A DNA stretch of 37,172 bases from the NCBI GenBank assembly GCA_038523235.1, contig JBCBJQ010000057.1:1-37172 (forward strand), written 5' to 3'. This document shows, piece by piece, positions 18,344 through 28,249 of this stretch (its first letter is position 1; each line of letters begins with the position of its first letter). Made by a program: the position numbers and the translations under genes. The notes beneath the pieces were generated by a model. That model saw only the letters and a list, made by a program, of their open reading frames with translations. It had not been told where the DNA came from and did no database searches. The stretch is from Cyanobacteria bacterium J06626_4 (GTDB lineage Bacteria > Cyanobacteriota > Cyanobacteriia > Phormidesmidales > Phormidesmidaceae).

Positions 18344-19537
18344 ATGTTGGATTTGATGAAGCTAGCCCAGCAAATGCAGGGGATCAGTCATCACCTGAAA
18401 GAAGAAGCCGAAGCTGCCGGACGCCGCGTCAAAATTGCCAATACGTTGATGGAGCGCGCTCAGACTCACCAAGTAGAGCTGATCGAGCGTCTAGAGGCCT
18501 GGCACGATCGCATCCCCTTTGCGATCGCCACGCCGATGGAACCGTTGGATACGCGGGTGGCGATTGCCGCGGCGCCTGCCGCCCATACCGTATTGGCTAC
18601 CGATGGGTCGCAGATTTCCCCCAGTCATCACGAAATTGCCTACTGCTATCTGCTCAACGTGGGGCGGGTGGTGCTGCACTACGGTCAGAGCCGCTTTCCG
18701 CTGTTAGACAGTCTGCCCGAGGTGGTCTATCGTCCCGAAGACCTCTACATTTCTCGCCAGTGGGGCATTCGCACGGAAGAATGGATGGGCCATCGCCGCA
18801 CCGTTTCAGAAGCTCAAGCCCTAACCGATCTGGCCCTCACGGTGGCCGCAGAGCCCGCGACTGCCGCCTCAATGCCCACTCTCGCCCTGACTGACGGCTC
18901 TCTAATCTACTGGTTTTTAGAAGACCTACCTAAGGACGCCCGCGATCGCATCTTGCCCCCCATTTTGGCTGCTTGGGATGAGTTGCAGACGGCGGGCATT
19001 CCTCTGGTGGGCTATGTTAGTGCCTCGCGCAGCGGCGAAGCGCTGAACTTTTTGCGGCTACAGAGCTGCCCATTTGAGGTACCCGACTGTTTGACCCATT
19101 GTGCTTCCCAGCGCGATTTGGCTCCCTGTCAGGTGTTTGATCCGCTGCGCGACGTCGCTCTTTACTCCACCCATTTAGCCCCGGGCGAGCGCGGCCCGCT
19201 GTGGCGCAGTTCCGTCAATATATTGGCGGACTATGGACCACATCACATCTATTTTTGCTACCTGCATGTGGGCGCCGAAATTGCTCGCATTGAGTTGCCC
19301 GCCTGGGTGGCCCTCGATGGGGCGCTCCGCGACGCGGCGCTAGAAATGGTAATTACCCAGGTGCAAAAGGGCTATGGCTATCCGATCGCGCTGGCCGAAG
19401 CCCACAATCATGCGGTGGTACGGGGGGGCGATCGCAGCCGATTTTTTGCGCTGCTAGAACGGGAGATGATTCGCGCCGGTTTGCAAAATGTCGGCACCTC
19501 CTTTAAGGAAGCGCGGAAACGGGGCAGCATTGCCTGA
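18344..19537 (+). CDS. nurA: NurA-family nuclease
   Basis: ATDGSQ, LTDGSL, ARIE.P.W and GYP.ALAEAHN.AVV motifs. Start moved to ATG 18344 (MLDLMKLA). Confidence 0.88.
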   Translation: MLDLMKLAQQMQGISHHLKEEAEAAGRRVKIANTLMERAQTHQVELIERLEAWHDRIPFAIATPMEPLDTRVAIAAAPAAHTVLATDGSQISPSHHEIAYCYLLNVGRVVLHYGQSRFPLLDSLPEVVYRPEDLYISRQWGIRTEEWMGHRRTVSEAQALTDLALTVAAEPATAASMPTLALTDGSLIYWFLEDLPKDARDRILPPILAAWDELQTAGIPLVGYVSASRSGEALNFLRLQSCPFEVPDCLTHCASQRDLAPCQVFDPLRDVALYSTHLAPGERGPLWRSSVNILADYGPHHIYFCYLHVGAEIARIELPAWVALDGALRDAALEMVITQVQKGYGYPIALAEAHNHAVVRGGDRSRFFALLEREMIRAGLQNVGTSFKEARKRGSIA

Positions 19538-19637
19538 GCGGAGCTAGGGGGCAACATCGTTTCTCCCGTCGGATGGCTGGGTACTCTATCGATGATATTG
19601 ATCGCCGCCCGAACAATTAAAAGTTCGACGAACTCCT

Positions 19638-22073
19638 ATGTCTGCCGCTTCTGATGCTAGTCTGACCCTCGCACCTGCTCTCAAGCAACTCGTGGAGCGC
19701 TCACTAGAGGACATGGCGATCTACGATCATGAGCTGCACTATTGCACCGTAAGTCCGGCGTTATCGCAGCGCTTGGCAGTACTGAGCTCAGACTTCATCG
19801 GACAAACCAATGCCGACCTAGCCGCCTTAGCCTCACCTCACCAACCCGCCAGTCCCTGGCGGCAGTATTGGCAGCAAGTTGACGATGCGCTTCGTACCGT
19901 TCGACAACAGGCGGTGGCTGAGCGACGGGTCCATGGGCTGCCGGGAGGCGAGATCGGTCAGCGGTATGAAACGACCTACACCCCCATCACCGACGAACAG
20001 GGACAGGTTAGTTACATCGTGAGTGTCAGTCACCCACTCCCCCCTGCCAAGCCGTCGCTGACGGCGACGCCTGACAGTTTGACAGTGGCCCAGCTAAAGG
20101 CTCATCCTGACTCGATTGTGGGGGCGCAGATGCCCAGCCCGGTAGCGGCTTCCTCAGCGCCGTCGTCTACCTATCCGACGATGGCCTCGCCTCCGCCAAC
20201 TGAGTCGGTGCCCAGTCAACCGCCGGGGCGCTGTGTCGAGCCGCTTCACGAGTCGGTCGATTTTCTGCAGTTAGTGATTGACAACATTCCCCAATACATT
20301 TTTTGGAAAGACCACAACTCGGTATACCTCGGCTGCAATCAACGGTGGGCGGAGATGGCGGGCTTGCCCGATCGCAGCGCCGTCGTGGGTCTCACTGATG
20401 CTGACCTGCCATGGACTGACGAACAGGTGGCCTGGTATCTGGAATGTGATCGCTGCGTGATGGCCACCGATACCCCGATGTTGCGGATCAAGCAGTCGCA
20501 GCGACAGGCCGATGGTCAGCTCAGCTGGCGCGAAACGAGCAAACTGCCGATGCATGATGCTCAGGGCAATGTCGTAGGTCTGTTGGGCGCGATCGAAGAT
20601 GTCACTGATCGCAAAATCGCTGAGGATTTGTTGAAAGAATCCCAAGCGACCTACCGCCAAACGGCCAAGCGCGAAGCCCTGCTCAACGCCATCTTTCATC
20701 AAATTCGCCAGTCTCTGAGCTTAGATGCCATTCTCGACATAGCAGCGCGGGAGGTGCGGCAACTGTTTAACGTCGATCGCGTCTTGTTCTATCGCTTTGA
20801 TGAAAACTGGCAGGGGCAGATTGTCACCGAATCAGTGGTCGCACCGTGGATTGCGACGATCGAGCACCAGAGCCCTGACAACTGCTTTGCGGCAGAATCT
20901 GCGGCGCTATACCTGGAGGGCCGCACCCAGGCAATCGACGATGTGGCAACGGCGAACATCAACGAATGTCACCGCGACTTCTTGCAAGGGTTGCAAATTC
21001 GGGCTAATGCGGTGGTGCCAGTGCTGGTGGGCAACTCGCTGTGGGGGCTGATGATTGCCCATCAATGTGCCACAACCCGAGCTTGGCAAGAGAGCGAAAT
21101 CGACCTCATGCAGTCATTGGCGGCTCAGGTCAGTATCGCTATTCAGCAGGCTGAGCTTTACTCGCAAGCGCAAGAAAGTGCCGAAGTAGCGCGAGCCAAG
21201 GCAGCACAGCTGGAAGAGAGCCTGCAAACGCTACAGAAAACTCAAACCCAGCTGGTGCAGACCGAGAAAATGTCAGGGCTGGGGCAAATGGTGGCCGGTA
21301 TTGCGCACGAAATCAACAACCCCGTCAATTTCATTTACGGCAATATTCCCCACATTCGAGAGCATTCGGATGACTTGATGACTCTCGTGAATCTGTACCA
21401 GAAACATCATCCGAATCCAGCGCCTGAGATAGCTGATTTCATCACCGAAATTGATTTGGAATATTTGCTCGCGGATCTCTCCAAAATCTTGAAGTCATTG
21501 CAGTTAGGCAGTCAACGGATTCGGCAAATCGTGTCTTCTTTAAGAACGTTTTCTCGCTTAGACGAGGCGGAAATGAAAGCGGTCGACATTCACGAAGGGC
21601 TCGATAGTACTCTGCTAATCCTGCACCATCGCTTTAAGGCCAAACCTGAGCGGCCCGAAATTCAGATCATCAAGGAATACAGTGATCTGCCGCTGCTGGA
21701 GTGCTACCCCAGCCAGTTGAATCAGGTATTTATGAACCTGCTGGGTAACGCCGTTGATGCCTTGGAACAAGAACTCATGGCGGGCGATCGCGCCCACAAG
21801 TCCGAAGCCGCTACGGTCAAAATCATCACGACCAAACTCAATAATCAAGTGTTGATTCGGATTTGCGACAATGGCCCTGGCATTGACGAACAACATCGAG
21901 CCAAGCTGTTTGACCCGTTCTTTACCACCAAACCCATCGGTAAGGGCACCGGCTTGGGGCTGTCGATCAGCCATCAAATTGTGACTGACAAACATGGGGG
22001 GCAACTCACCGTGAGTTCAGAGCTGGGCCAAGGGTCTGAGTTCCAGATCTACGTTCCCCTGCGCACCTCATGA
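19638..22073 (+). CDS. Sensor histidine kinase PAS-PAS-GAF(cyanobacteriochrome)-HisKA-HATPase
   Basis: PAS (IFWKD...YLGCN...D..VM...G.VVGLLG..EDVT), GAF (DRV.FYRF...DNCF...ECH...L...AN..VP..LWGL.IAHQC), H-box AHEINNP, N-box NLLGNA and G boxes DNGPG, FDPFFTTK, GTGLGL. Confidence 0.95.
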   Translation: MSAASDASLTLAPALKQLVERSLEDMAIYDHELHYCTVSPALSQRLAVLSSDFIGQTNADLAALASPHQPASPWRQYWQQVDDALRTVRQQAVAERRVHGLPGGEIGQRYETTYTPITDEQGQVSYIVSVSHPLPPAKPSLTATPDSLTVAQLKAHPDSIVGAQMPSPVAASSAPSSTYPTMASPPPTESVPSQPPGRCVEPLHESVDFLQLVIDNIPQYIFWKDHNSVYLGCNQRWAEMAGLPDRSAVVGLTDADLPWTDEQVAWYLECDRCVMATDTPMLRIKQSQRQADGQLSWRETSKLPMHDAQGNVVGLLGAIEDVTDRKIAEDLLKESQATYRQTAKREALLNAIFHQIRQSLSLDAILDIAAREVRQLFNVDRVLFYRFDENWQGQIVTESVVAPWIATIEHQSPDNCFAAESAALYLEGRTQAIDDVATANINECHRDFLQGLQIRANAVVPVLVGNSLWGLMIAHQCATTRAWQESEIDLMQSLAAQVSIAIQQAELYSQAQESAEVARAKAAQLEESLQTLQKTQTQLVQTEKMSGLGQMVAGIAHEINNPVNFIYGNIPHIREHSDDLMTLVNLYQKHHPNPAPEIADFITEIDLEYLLADLSKILKSLQLGSQRIRQIVSSLRTFSRLDEAEMKAVDIHEGLDSTLLILHHRFKAKPERPEIQIIKEYSDLPLLECYPSQLNQVFMNLLGNAVDALEQELMAGDRAHKSEAATVKIITTKLNNQVLIRICDNGPGIDEQHRAKLFDPFFTTKPIGKGTGLGLSISHQIVTDKHGGQLTVSSELGQGSEFQIYVPLRTS

Positions 22074-22172
22074 TGGACTATATTGTGAAAGTTTATGAAG
22101 TGAACGACAGCGGTGGCTGATAGCTCACAGTCCGAGGCGGTTGTTGACACCTACAGAGTCTGAGAGCAAGCA

Positions 22173-23627
22173 ATGGTTCATCCCTGTGTGGAAAATCACT
22201 TCACCACCATTTCAGCTGCAACCCCCCTGCCAACGGCTATCCAAAAGTTGACTCGATTGACCTGTGAGCTGCAGCCAGAGGCGTCAACGTCCAGCCCAGC
22301 GAGCAGTTTACTGGTAGTACAGCAGGAAAAACTCATCGGCATTGTCACAGAGCGCGATTTAATTCGCCAGATTGCGACTCAGTCAGATTTATCTCGCCTG
22401 ACAATTGAGCAGGTGATGACGACTAATCTCATTACTCGCCACCTCGACGATTTGGGAGATGCCTTTGAGCTCATGCAAATCATGCGGCGCCATCGCATCC
22501 GCCATTTGCCGATCATTGATGCTCAAAAGCGCCCCATCGGTCTAGTCACGCCCAAAAGCGTTCGCGCTGTTCTAATGCCAGCGGATTTGCTGCGCTATCG
22601 GCTGGTGCAAGAAATCATGACCCCCAAGGTGATTACGGCCAGCCCTGAGGCTTCACTCGCGGCGATCGCCCAGCAAATGGCAACGGCTTCGGTCAGCTGT
22701 GTCGTCATTGTGCGGGAAGAAGCTGGCGTGACCTTGCCCATCGGCATTTTGACCGAGCGTGATGTGGTGCAGTTTCAGGCGTTAGAGTTGGACTTCGCCC
22801 AGACTCCAGCGGCGGTGGTGATGAGTGCGCCGGTCTTTGGCGTCAGCCCTCAAGACTCGGTTTGGGAAGTGCACAAAACCATGGAAACGCAGCGCATTCG
22901 GCGCGTCGTAGTGGTCAATGAGCAGCAGCATTTAGTTGGCATCATTACTCAGACAAGTATTTTGGGCGCGCTTGACCCGCTGGAAATGCGCCACCTCATT
23001 GAAGACTTAGAGTCAAAGATTCAGCGCCTGCGAGATGACAAAACGACCTTGCTCAAGCAGCAGCATGAACTCCTATCGAAAAAGAACCAAGCCCTGCAGA
23101 TGGCAAATCGAGAACTCAATCGCTTGTCTAATCTGGATGGGTTGACTCAAATTCCCAATCGGCGCTGCTTTGACGATCGCATTCAACAGGAGTGGCGACG
23201 TCTACAGCGCGAACAGCAACCGTTGTCAGTCATTCTGGGGGATATTGACAACTTTAAAAGAGTGAACGACACCTATGGACATCTGCTAGGTGATGACTGT
23301 CTCAAGGCGGTGGCGATGGCGATGAGTCAGGTGCTCAAACGGCCTGATGATTTTGTGGCGCGTTATGGCGGCGAAGAGTTTGTCGTGGTGTTGCCCAATA
23401 CCGATCAGGCGGGTGCCGTGAACATTGTGCAACAGCTGCAGCAGGCGATCGCCAATATTGCACCCGTGTCATCATCATCCCCAGATGCCTGCCGGGTGAC
23501 AATGAGTTTTGGCGTCACGACTCTGGTGCCAACTTCGTCGCTCAGCTGTCAAAAGCTGCTGACTTTGGCTGATCAAGCACTATATGACGCTAAAGCCAAC
23601 GGGCGCGATCGCTATCACGTGAGCTAA
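22173..23627 (+). CDS. Diguanylate cyclase with two CBS pairs
   Basis: GIVTERD, IRHLP, GILTERD and GIITQ CBS motifs; coiled coil; DGLTQIPNRR, D.D.FK..ND.YGH..GD, RPDD I-site and GGEEF active site. Confidence 0.95.
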   Translation: MVHPCVENHFTTISAATPLPTAIQKLTRLTCELQPEASTSSPASSLLVVQQEKLIGIVTERDLIRQIATQSDLSRLTIEQVMTTNLITRHLDDLGDAFELMQIMRRHRIRHLPIIDAQKRPIGLVTPKSVRAVLMPADLLRYRLVQEIMTPKVITASPEASLAAIAQQMATASVSCVVIVREEAGVTLPIGILTERDVVQFQALELDFAQTPAAVVMSAPVFGVSPQDSVWEVHKTMETQRIRRVVVVNEQQHLVGIITQTSILGALDPLEMRHLIEDLESKIQRLRDDKTTLLKQQHELLSKKNQALQMANRELNRLSNLDGLTQIPNRRCFDDRIQQEWRRLQREQQPLSVILGDIDNFKRVNDTYGHLLGDDCLKAVAMAMSQVLKRPDDFVARYGGEEFVVVLPNTDQAGAVNIVQQLQQAIANIAPVSSSSPDACRVTMSFGVTTLVPTSSLSCQKLLTLADQALYDAKANGRDRYHVS

Positions 23628-23687
23628 TCGGCTGACAGTCGCAGAACTCAGTACTGGTATTGCATTCTGGTTGCGGCGACCTCGAAA

Positions 23688-25874
23688 TCAACAGCGGGGT
23701 ACATTGCGGCAGGAGACGGCACCGTCAACCACATCAAAGGTAATAGACAGAGCCGCCAGCTGCGTCACGCTCACCGGCTGCACGGTCGCGGTGCCAGAAC
23801 CCTGGGAGGTACCACTGACATCTCGCAGCAAACCCTCCACGACTGGCGTCGGGTCATCAACGCCAAGCGGACCACGCAAAATGCCGGTATCATCAGCGAT
23901 TTCCTGCAGTCCCTGCAAGGCATCGTCTAAGGGGTTACTACTTCCGACAATGAGCACCTCTGTAGTGCCCGTCGGCGGTTGCGTGACCAACTGAAAACTG
24001 TCTCGGCCGGGATCGGGCAGCGTCAGCCTGGACCCGGCTGGCAGCAGCGTCGACTCAACCGTAGCAGTCCACTGATTCGGAAAAATTACTGACATGACGC
24101 CTGTGGCATCAATCACGAGCACGCTGAGATACAGATCGCGGTTTTCCCGGTTTTCGATTTCAAAGCGAATATCCGTCCCCAGAGGAATTTGCTCGACTCC
24201 GGATGACCTCACTGTGAAGGCACTGGCTGATATCTGCTTGCCTCTTTCTGGAATCATGCCCACAGTGAGGTTTAAGCGCGAGGCACCAGCATTGAGGATC
24301 AGCTTGACGAGGCGAGCCGCAAAGAGCGATCGCAGCTTGGGCCGTAGCCGCTCGATCGCGGCAGCGATCGTTTCTCCTGGAGCGCCGTAGGAGTCAGGCA
24401 CCAAATCGAGCCCTTGCGAAAAGAGCCCTAAGCTGCCCTCAGCGGGTAAGTCGGGCTGATCGGCGAGTTCCTGACGATTCGCTGCCGTCATGCGTCCCAG
24501 CACATAATGCACTTCATCTCCCCCGAGGGCGAGGGGCTCAATTTTGGGAATGGTAGCCAGGGTCGATTGGGCGATCGCGGTGTCAGCCCCCAATGAGTCA
24601 TCCAGGCCAATCCGTAGGGTGACATCGGTCGGAATGCCACGCACTTGCTCTTGCAGCAGCGAGCCTGAGGGTAGGCCCGCCGCTTCGATCAGTCGGCCGC
24701 GACCGCGCAGGCCTTGACGATCAGTCAGCTGCACTTGGCCGCGTGACTGGCCCGTTTCATCCACTCCGGAGAGCACAGCCCCCGGCCCAAATACTTCCAA
24801 ACTGTTGGGATCAACCCCCCCCAGCCACACCTCAACCTCACCGCCCGTAATATTGGTGACTACCGCTTCAGCCGGATCTGACACCTTGGGGGTGAAATAA
24901 ATCGGCGCAGTCCTTTCACCATCAGGAGCCATCGATAGCTCAGGAATTTGGTTGCTAAAGGACAGTTCCGTTGTCGTGCGACCCACATTCGCGATGGTGG
25001 TGTCAAAGGACGTATTGCCCGTCTGCTGCCACAGATATTGCGTCAGCACAAAGGTAAATGCCCCAGCATAAAAGTCGGCAAAGGGCGTGTCGGCAGCGTA
25101 TTGGTTGCGGCGAGCTGAGGCGATCGCGGCGCCCTTGGCGATCGCGGCCCGGCGCTTTTCCACAAAATCATCTGGACTCAGATTCAACCGTGATAGCCAC
25201 TGAGTCTGATAGGCCAGTTCGGCTGTGCTCATCGCTAACCCATTGCCGCCCGGGCGCGCGCGAATCGCCAGGTTACCCCGTTTAGCGCCGCCCGAGTGGC
25301 AGCTATCGAGCACCATCGTAAAGTTGTCCGTCGGCACCGCGCTGCCCAGCAAAAACAGCGTATGCCCCGTGATGTCATTGACGGCTCCACCTTCGCTAGG
25401 GAAGCCAGCTGGCAAAGGACTATCCACAGGTACCAGGGTGCTGTTTAAACCATCTTCAAAGTCTTTGTCAGGGTCTGCCACCCGCGAGCCATGGCCCGAA
25501 AAGTGAAAGACCACCACATCGTCAGGTTGTGCCTGTTTAATCAAATGCTCGTCAAACGTGGTGAGAATATTCTCGCGGGTGGCCTGCTCGTCGGTCAGCG
25601 TCACGATGTCGCTTGGGTTAAACCCATAGCGATGCACCAATAGCTGATACTGCAATTCCACATCATTGACACAGCCGTTCAGCGGGGGAAACAGGCCATC
25701 CTCCGGGTAGGCATTGATGCCTACGAGTAGCGCCAGCTTGCGCGGGGTCGATTGAGCCAGCAGACGCCCGTAGCGATCGCTCCGCTGCATGACATCCCAC
25801 TGCGACCAGCCCAACGCCGCTAAGGTCGCTCCAGCGGTTTGCAAAAAATGACGGCGTGAAAATCCTCGCGACAT
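23688..25874 (-). CDS. Caspase-family (C14) protease with a Tat signal and a C-terminal DUF4384-like domain
   Basis: SRRHFL Tat motif, KLALLVGINAY, L.GCVNDV, HFSGHG (His), LDSCHSG (Cys) and GAFT; C-terminal YL.VL.ID.TG...IFPN. Confidence 0.92.
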   Translation of the reverse strand: MSRGFSRRHFLQTAGATLAALGWSQWDVMQRSDRYGRLLAQSTPRKLALLVGINAYPEDGLFPPLNGCVNDVELQYQLLVHRYGFNPSDIVTLTDEQATRENILTTFDEHLIKQAQPDDVVVFHFSGHGSRVADPDKDFEDGLNSTLVPVDSPLPAGFPSEGGAVNDITGHTLFLLGSAVPTDNFTMVLDSCHSGGAKRGNLAIRARPGGNGLAMSTAELAYQTQWLSRLNLSPDDFVEKRRAAIAKGAAIASARRNQYAADTPFADFYAGAFTFVLTQYLWQQTGNTSFDTTIANVGRTTTELSFSNQIPELSMAPDGERTAPIYFTPKVSDPAEAVVTNITGGEVEVWLGGVDPNSLEVFGPGAVLSGVDETGQSRGQVQLTDRQGLRGRGRLIEAAGLPSGSLLQEQVRGIPTDVTLRIGLDDSLGADTAIAQSTLATIPKIEPLALGGDEVHYVLGRMTAANRQELADQPDLPAEGSLGLFSQGLDLVPDSYGAPGETIAAAIERLRPKLRSLFAARLVKLILNAGASRLNLTVGMIPERGKQISASAFTVRSSGVEQIPLGTDIRFEIENRENRDLYLSVLVIDATGVMSVIFPNQWTATVESTLLPAGSRLTLPDPGRDSFQLVTQPPTGTTEVLIVGSSNPLDDALQGLQEIADDTGILRGPLGVDDPTPVVEGLLRDVSGTSQGSGTATVQPVSVTQLAALSITFDVVDGAVSCRNVPRC

Positions 25875-26218
25875 AGTTGAGCTTCCTGAATGAGGGGGAC
25901 GAAATAGCGGTCACACAGTTTTCTTCTACAGCCTACATGCCGCGATCTAGGCAATCCTGAAAAGGGCTGACGATACTTAACCTCATAACAAAGCCCGTAG
26001 CAGCGGTCGTTCGGTAGCGAAAATCACTCCTGGGGAAGGAGTGTACTCATTCTCAGTGATTGGCCGTCCCATGCTAGCTTGGCCGCACTCGAGCACTCAG
26101 CAATAGGAGCATGGATGTGCCGTCTTGCTGCCGAGTATCGGGATCAGGGATGCATCACGGATGGACTGAGTCCAGCACAGTTAAGGAAATCGCAAAGAGT
26201 TAACCGGTCGTGGCGCCC

Positions 26219-26908
26219 TCAGGCAAAGAGCAGTTGCCAACCGACGATCGCGATCGCCAAATCGGCCAGCAGATGGCTGATATAGCAAGCCCATAGCGAA
26301 CGATAGGTCAGGTAGCACCATGACCACACGACCCCGGCCACAAATACTCCCACCGACCCGAGGATGACGACGCCCCAACTGCCGGTGAAGCCGGCCAGCG
26401 CAATAATGTGATGCAGTGTAAAAAACAGCGCGGCTAGGGCCACTGCCCACCCGCCGGGGACGAGAACCTCGCACTTTTGATAGACAAACCACCGCCAAAT
26501 GTATTCCTCAACCAGGGCATTGCCGAACGTAAAGTAAACCGCACTTGCCAGATAAATCGCTGGGTTCAGCAGTCCTACCTGGGCAGCAGCGGCTTGCACC
26601 GTCGCGGGTTCAAGCCAGCGTTGCCCCAGCCCCACATAAGCCCCATAAATCACCCCAAACATCCCCACCCCGAGCAGAATGCCTGCCCCTAGTTCTCGCT
26701 GGGTGGGTCGGGGCAAGGACAATCGTTGGCGATCAATTCGCAGATACCACGCGATCGGCAATAGCAAAATCCACACGCGGGTAGCCACAAAGATGACCTG
26801 TCCCCCTTGGCCCTGCAAATACAGCCTGGCCGCAATGCCCAAACTAGCGGCAGAAACCAGCAATAACAGCGCCACCGCAGCTTGTAGAGGAGACTTACGT
26901 TTAGGCAT
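26219..26908 (-). CDS. CPBP-family (type II CAAX/Abi) intramembrane metalloprotease
   Basis: Multi-TM with EEYIWR, FTLHH and SHLLAD motifs. Start set at ATG 26908 (MPKRKS); ATG 26956 is also possible. Confidence 0.9.
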   Translation of the reverse strand: MPKRKSPLQAAVALLLLVSAASLGIAARLYLQGQGGQVIFVATRVWILLLPIAWYLRIDRQRLSLPRPTQRELGAGILLGVGMFGVIYGAYVGLGQRWLEPATVQAAAAQVGLLNPAIYLASAVYFTFGNALVEEYIWRWFVYQKCEVLVPGGWAVALAALFFTLHHIIALAGFTGSWGVVILGSVGVFVAGVVWSWCYLTYRSLWACYISHLLADLAIAIVGWQLLFA

Positions 26909-27114
26909 GATGGCGATATGGGCAATGATTGCAACCGACAGTGCCGCCAGCATCAAGAGTCGTCAGCTGGCTTAGCGCTAGCGTAACCTGCCCAGACAGC
27001 AACCATCCTCACAGCGACCGTCCTCAGGCTAAGTTGGCACACAATCGGTCATCTCTAATCGCCCCAACAGAGCGATCGCGGCTCCCTTCATCCAGTCAAA
27101 CCAAAGCCTCTAGC

Positions 27115-27681
27115 TTAAATACCGATCAGTCCTTCCAGAGATTTGGGGGTATCGGCGGGGGGCGTCGCTCGCCCGATGCCCAGTTCACCACTCGTGTAAG
27201 TCGTGCCAAAAGTAGCCGCTAGGGTAACCACTTGGCGCAGCGCCGAGCGCAAGTCAGGGGGCTGTAACGACCCCAGGGGATGCACGTAAACCGCCACTAC
27301 CGTCCCCTCTGTCACGGCATATCGCGCATCCAGAGCGGAATGAAAGTTCGCCAGCAAGATCGCCTCAACCTGCTCGACAGAAAGCGTCTCTGCCGCCACG
27401 ATCGGTGTCACGATACGCATCCGGTTTCTCGCTTCATCGGCCAACACGACCACAGTTTGCCCTTCTAACGTTAGCTGCCACTGGCCCGCTGAGCCCTGTA
27501 AGTCACCTGCCTCATCTTGCAAAATGGCTTCTAGTGCCTCAACCGTCATCTCAGACTGCACCTGAGCCCTGGCCGGTGCCAGTGCCTGCCCGCCGCCAGG
27601 GACACCCGACAGTGGGGCCAAATTCACCAGCAAGCTGATACCAATCGCCCCAGAAACAGCGTAGAAAAACGTTCGGCGCAT
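27115..27681 (-). CDS. Exported YbjN/CesT-like fold protein
   Basis: Signal peptide (MRRTFF...APARA), then RMRI.TPI...L.ANFHSALDARYA......V..YVHPL..L, a type III chaperone/YbjN-like pattern. Confidence 0.7.
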   Translation of the reverse strand: MRRTFFYAVSGAIGISLLVNLAPLSGVPGGGQALAPARAQVQSEMTVEALEAILQDEAGDLQGSAGQWQLTLEGQTVVVLADEARNRMRIVTPIVAAETLSVEQVEAILLANFHSALDARYAVTEGTVVAVYVHPLGSLQPPDLRSALRQVVTLAATFGTTYTSGELGIGRATPPADTPKSLEGLIGI

Positions 27682-28249
27682 GACGGTTCTTTGAAGAAAA
27701 GGACACTTCGGAATATACGGAACTTCTCTGAGAACCCTGTGAGAGGAAGCCGATCTGCGGCTTAAAGCCGGGGATAAAAAAATATCCTCTGAAACAGACT
27801 GGGAAGGGCTTTGTCTAGGAGTATTCCAAGCAATACCTTGTCCCAGAACTCGGTTTCCATGAAAAACTGGCCGCAGACTGTTGACCGGTTCCCAGACATC
27901 GGGTCCTCAGGTGAGATGTGTTTTATTTTGAATGACTTCGAAAAGCAGGTGGCCGAGATTTAGCCCCTAAATTCTTGACTGAAATCCAAGACAGTTAGTC
28001 AATGCTTGCCAGGATTCTTAAAGACGCGATCGCGGCTGATCCAGACGACCCTAGCCCCATAAGAGGCGTTACGTTTCTGGAGCGATCGCAGTCGAGGCAG
28101 TCCGGTTTCATCCACAGCTTTCATCAACTTGGTCAGCCTCAGTGGCTCCTGGCAAAGCTGTCATCAACGGCTGAGCAGATGGGGCAAAAAACTTGCCGTC
28201 TCCCTTGACATCCTGAAAGTGGCGAACAGCGGCCAGTCGGCCTGACGGC

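Noticed and set aside
25886..25906. CTGAATGAGGGGGACGAAA resembling a hammerhead ribozyme core
   Set aside because: It has an extra A in CUGAUGA, no stem II and no stem I/III partners. It is simply the reverse complement of the caspase gene's RBS region.
25949..25975. GGCAATCCTGAAAAGGGCTGACG resembling c-di-GMP-I riboswitch P2
   Set aside because: It lacks the GCAAA linker and second hairpin, and no downstream gene lies on that strand.
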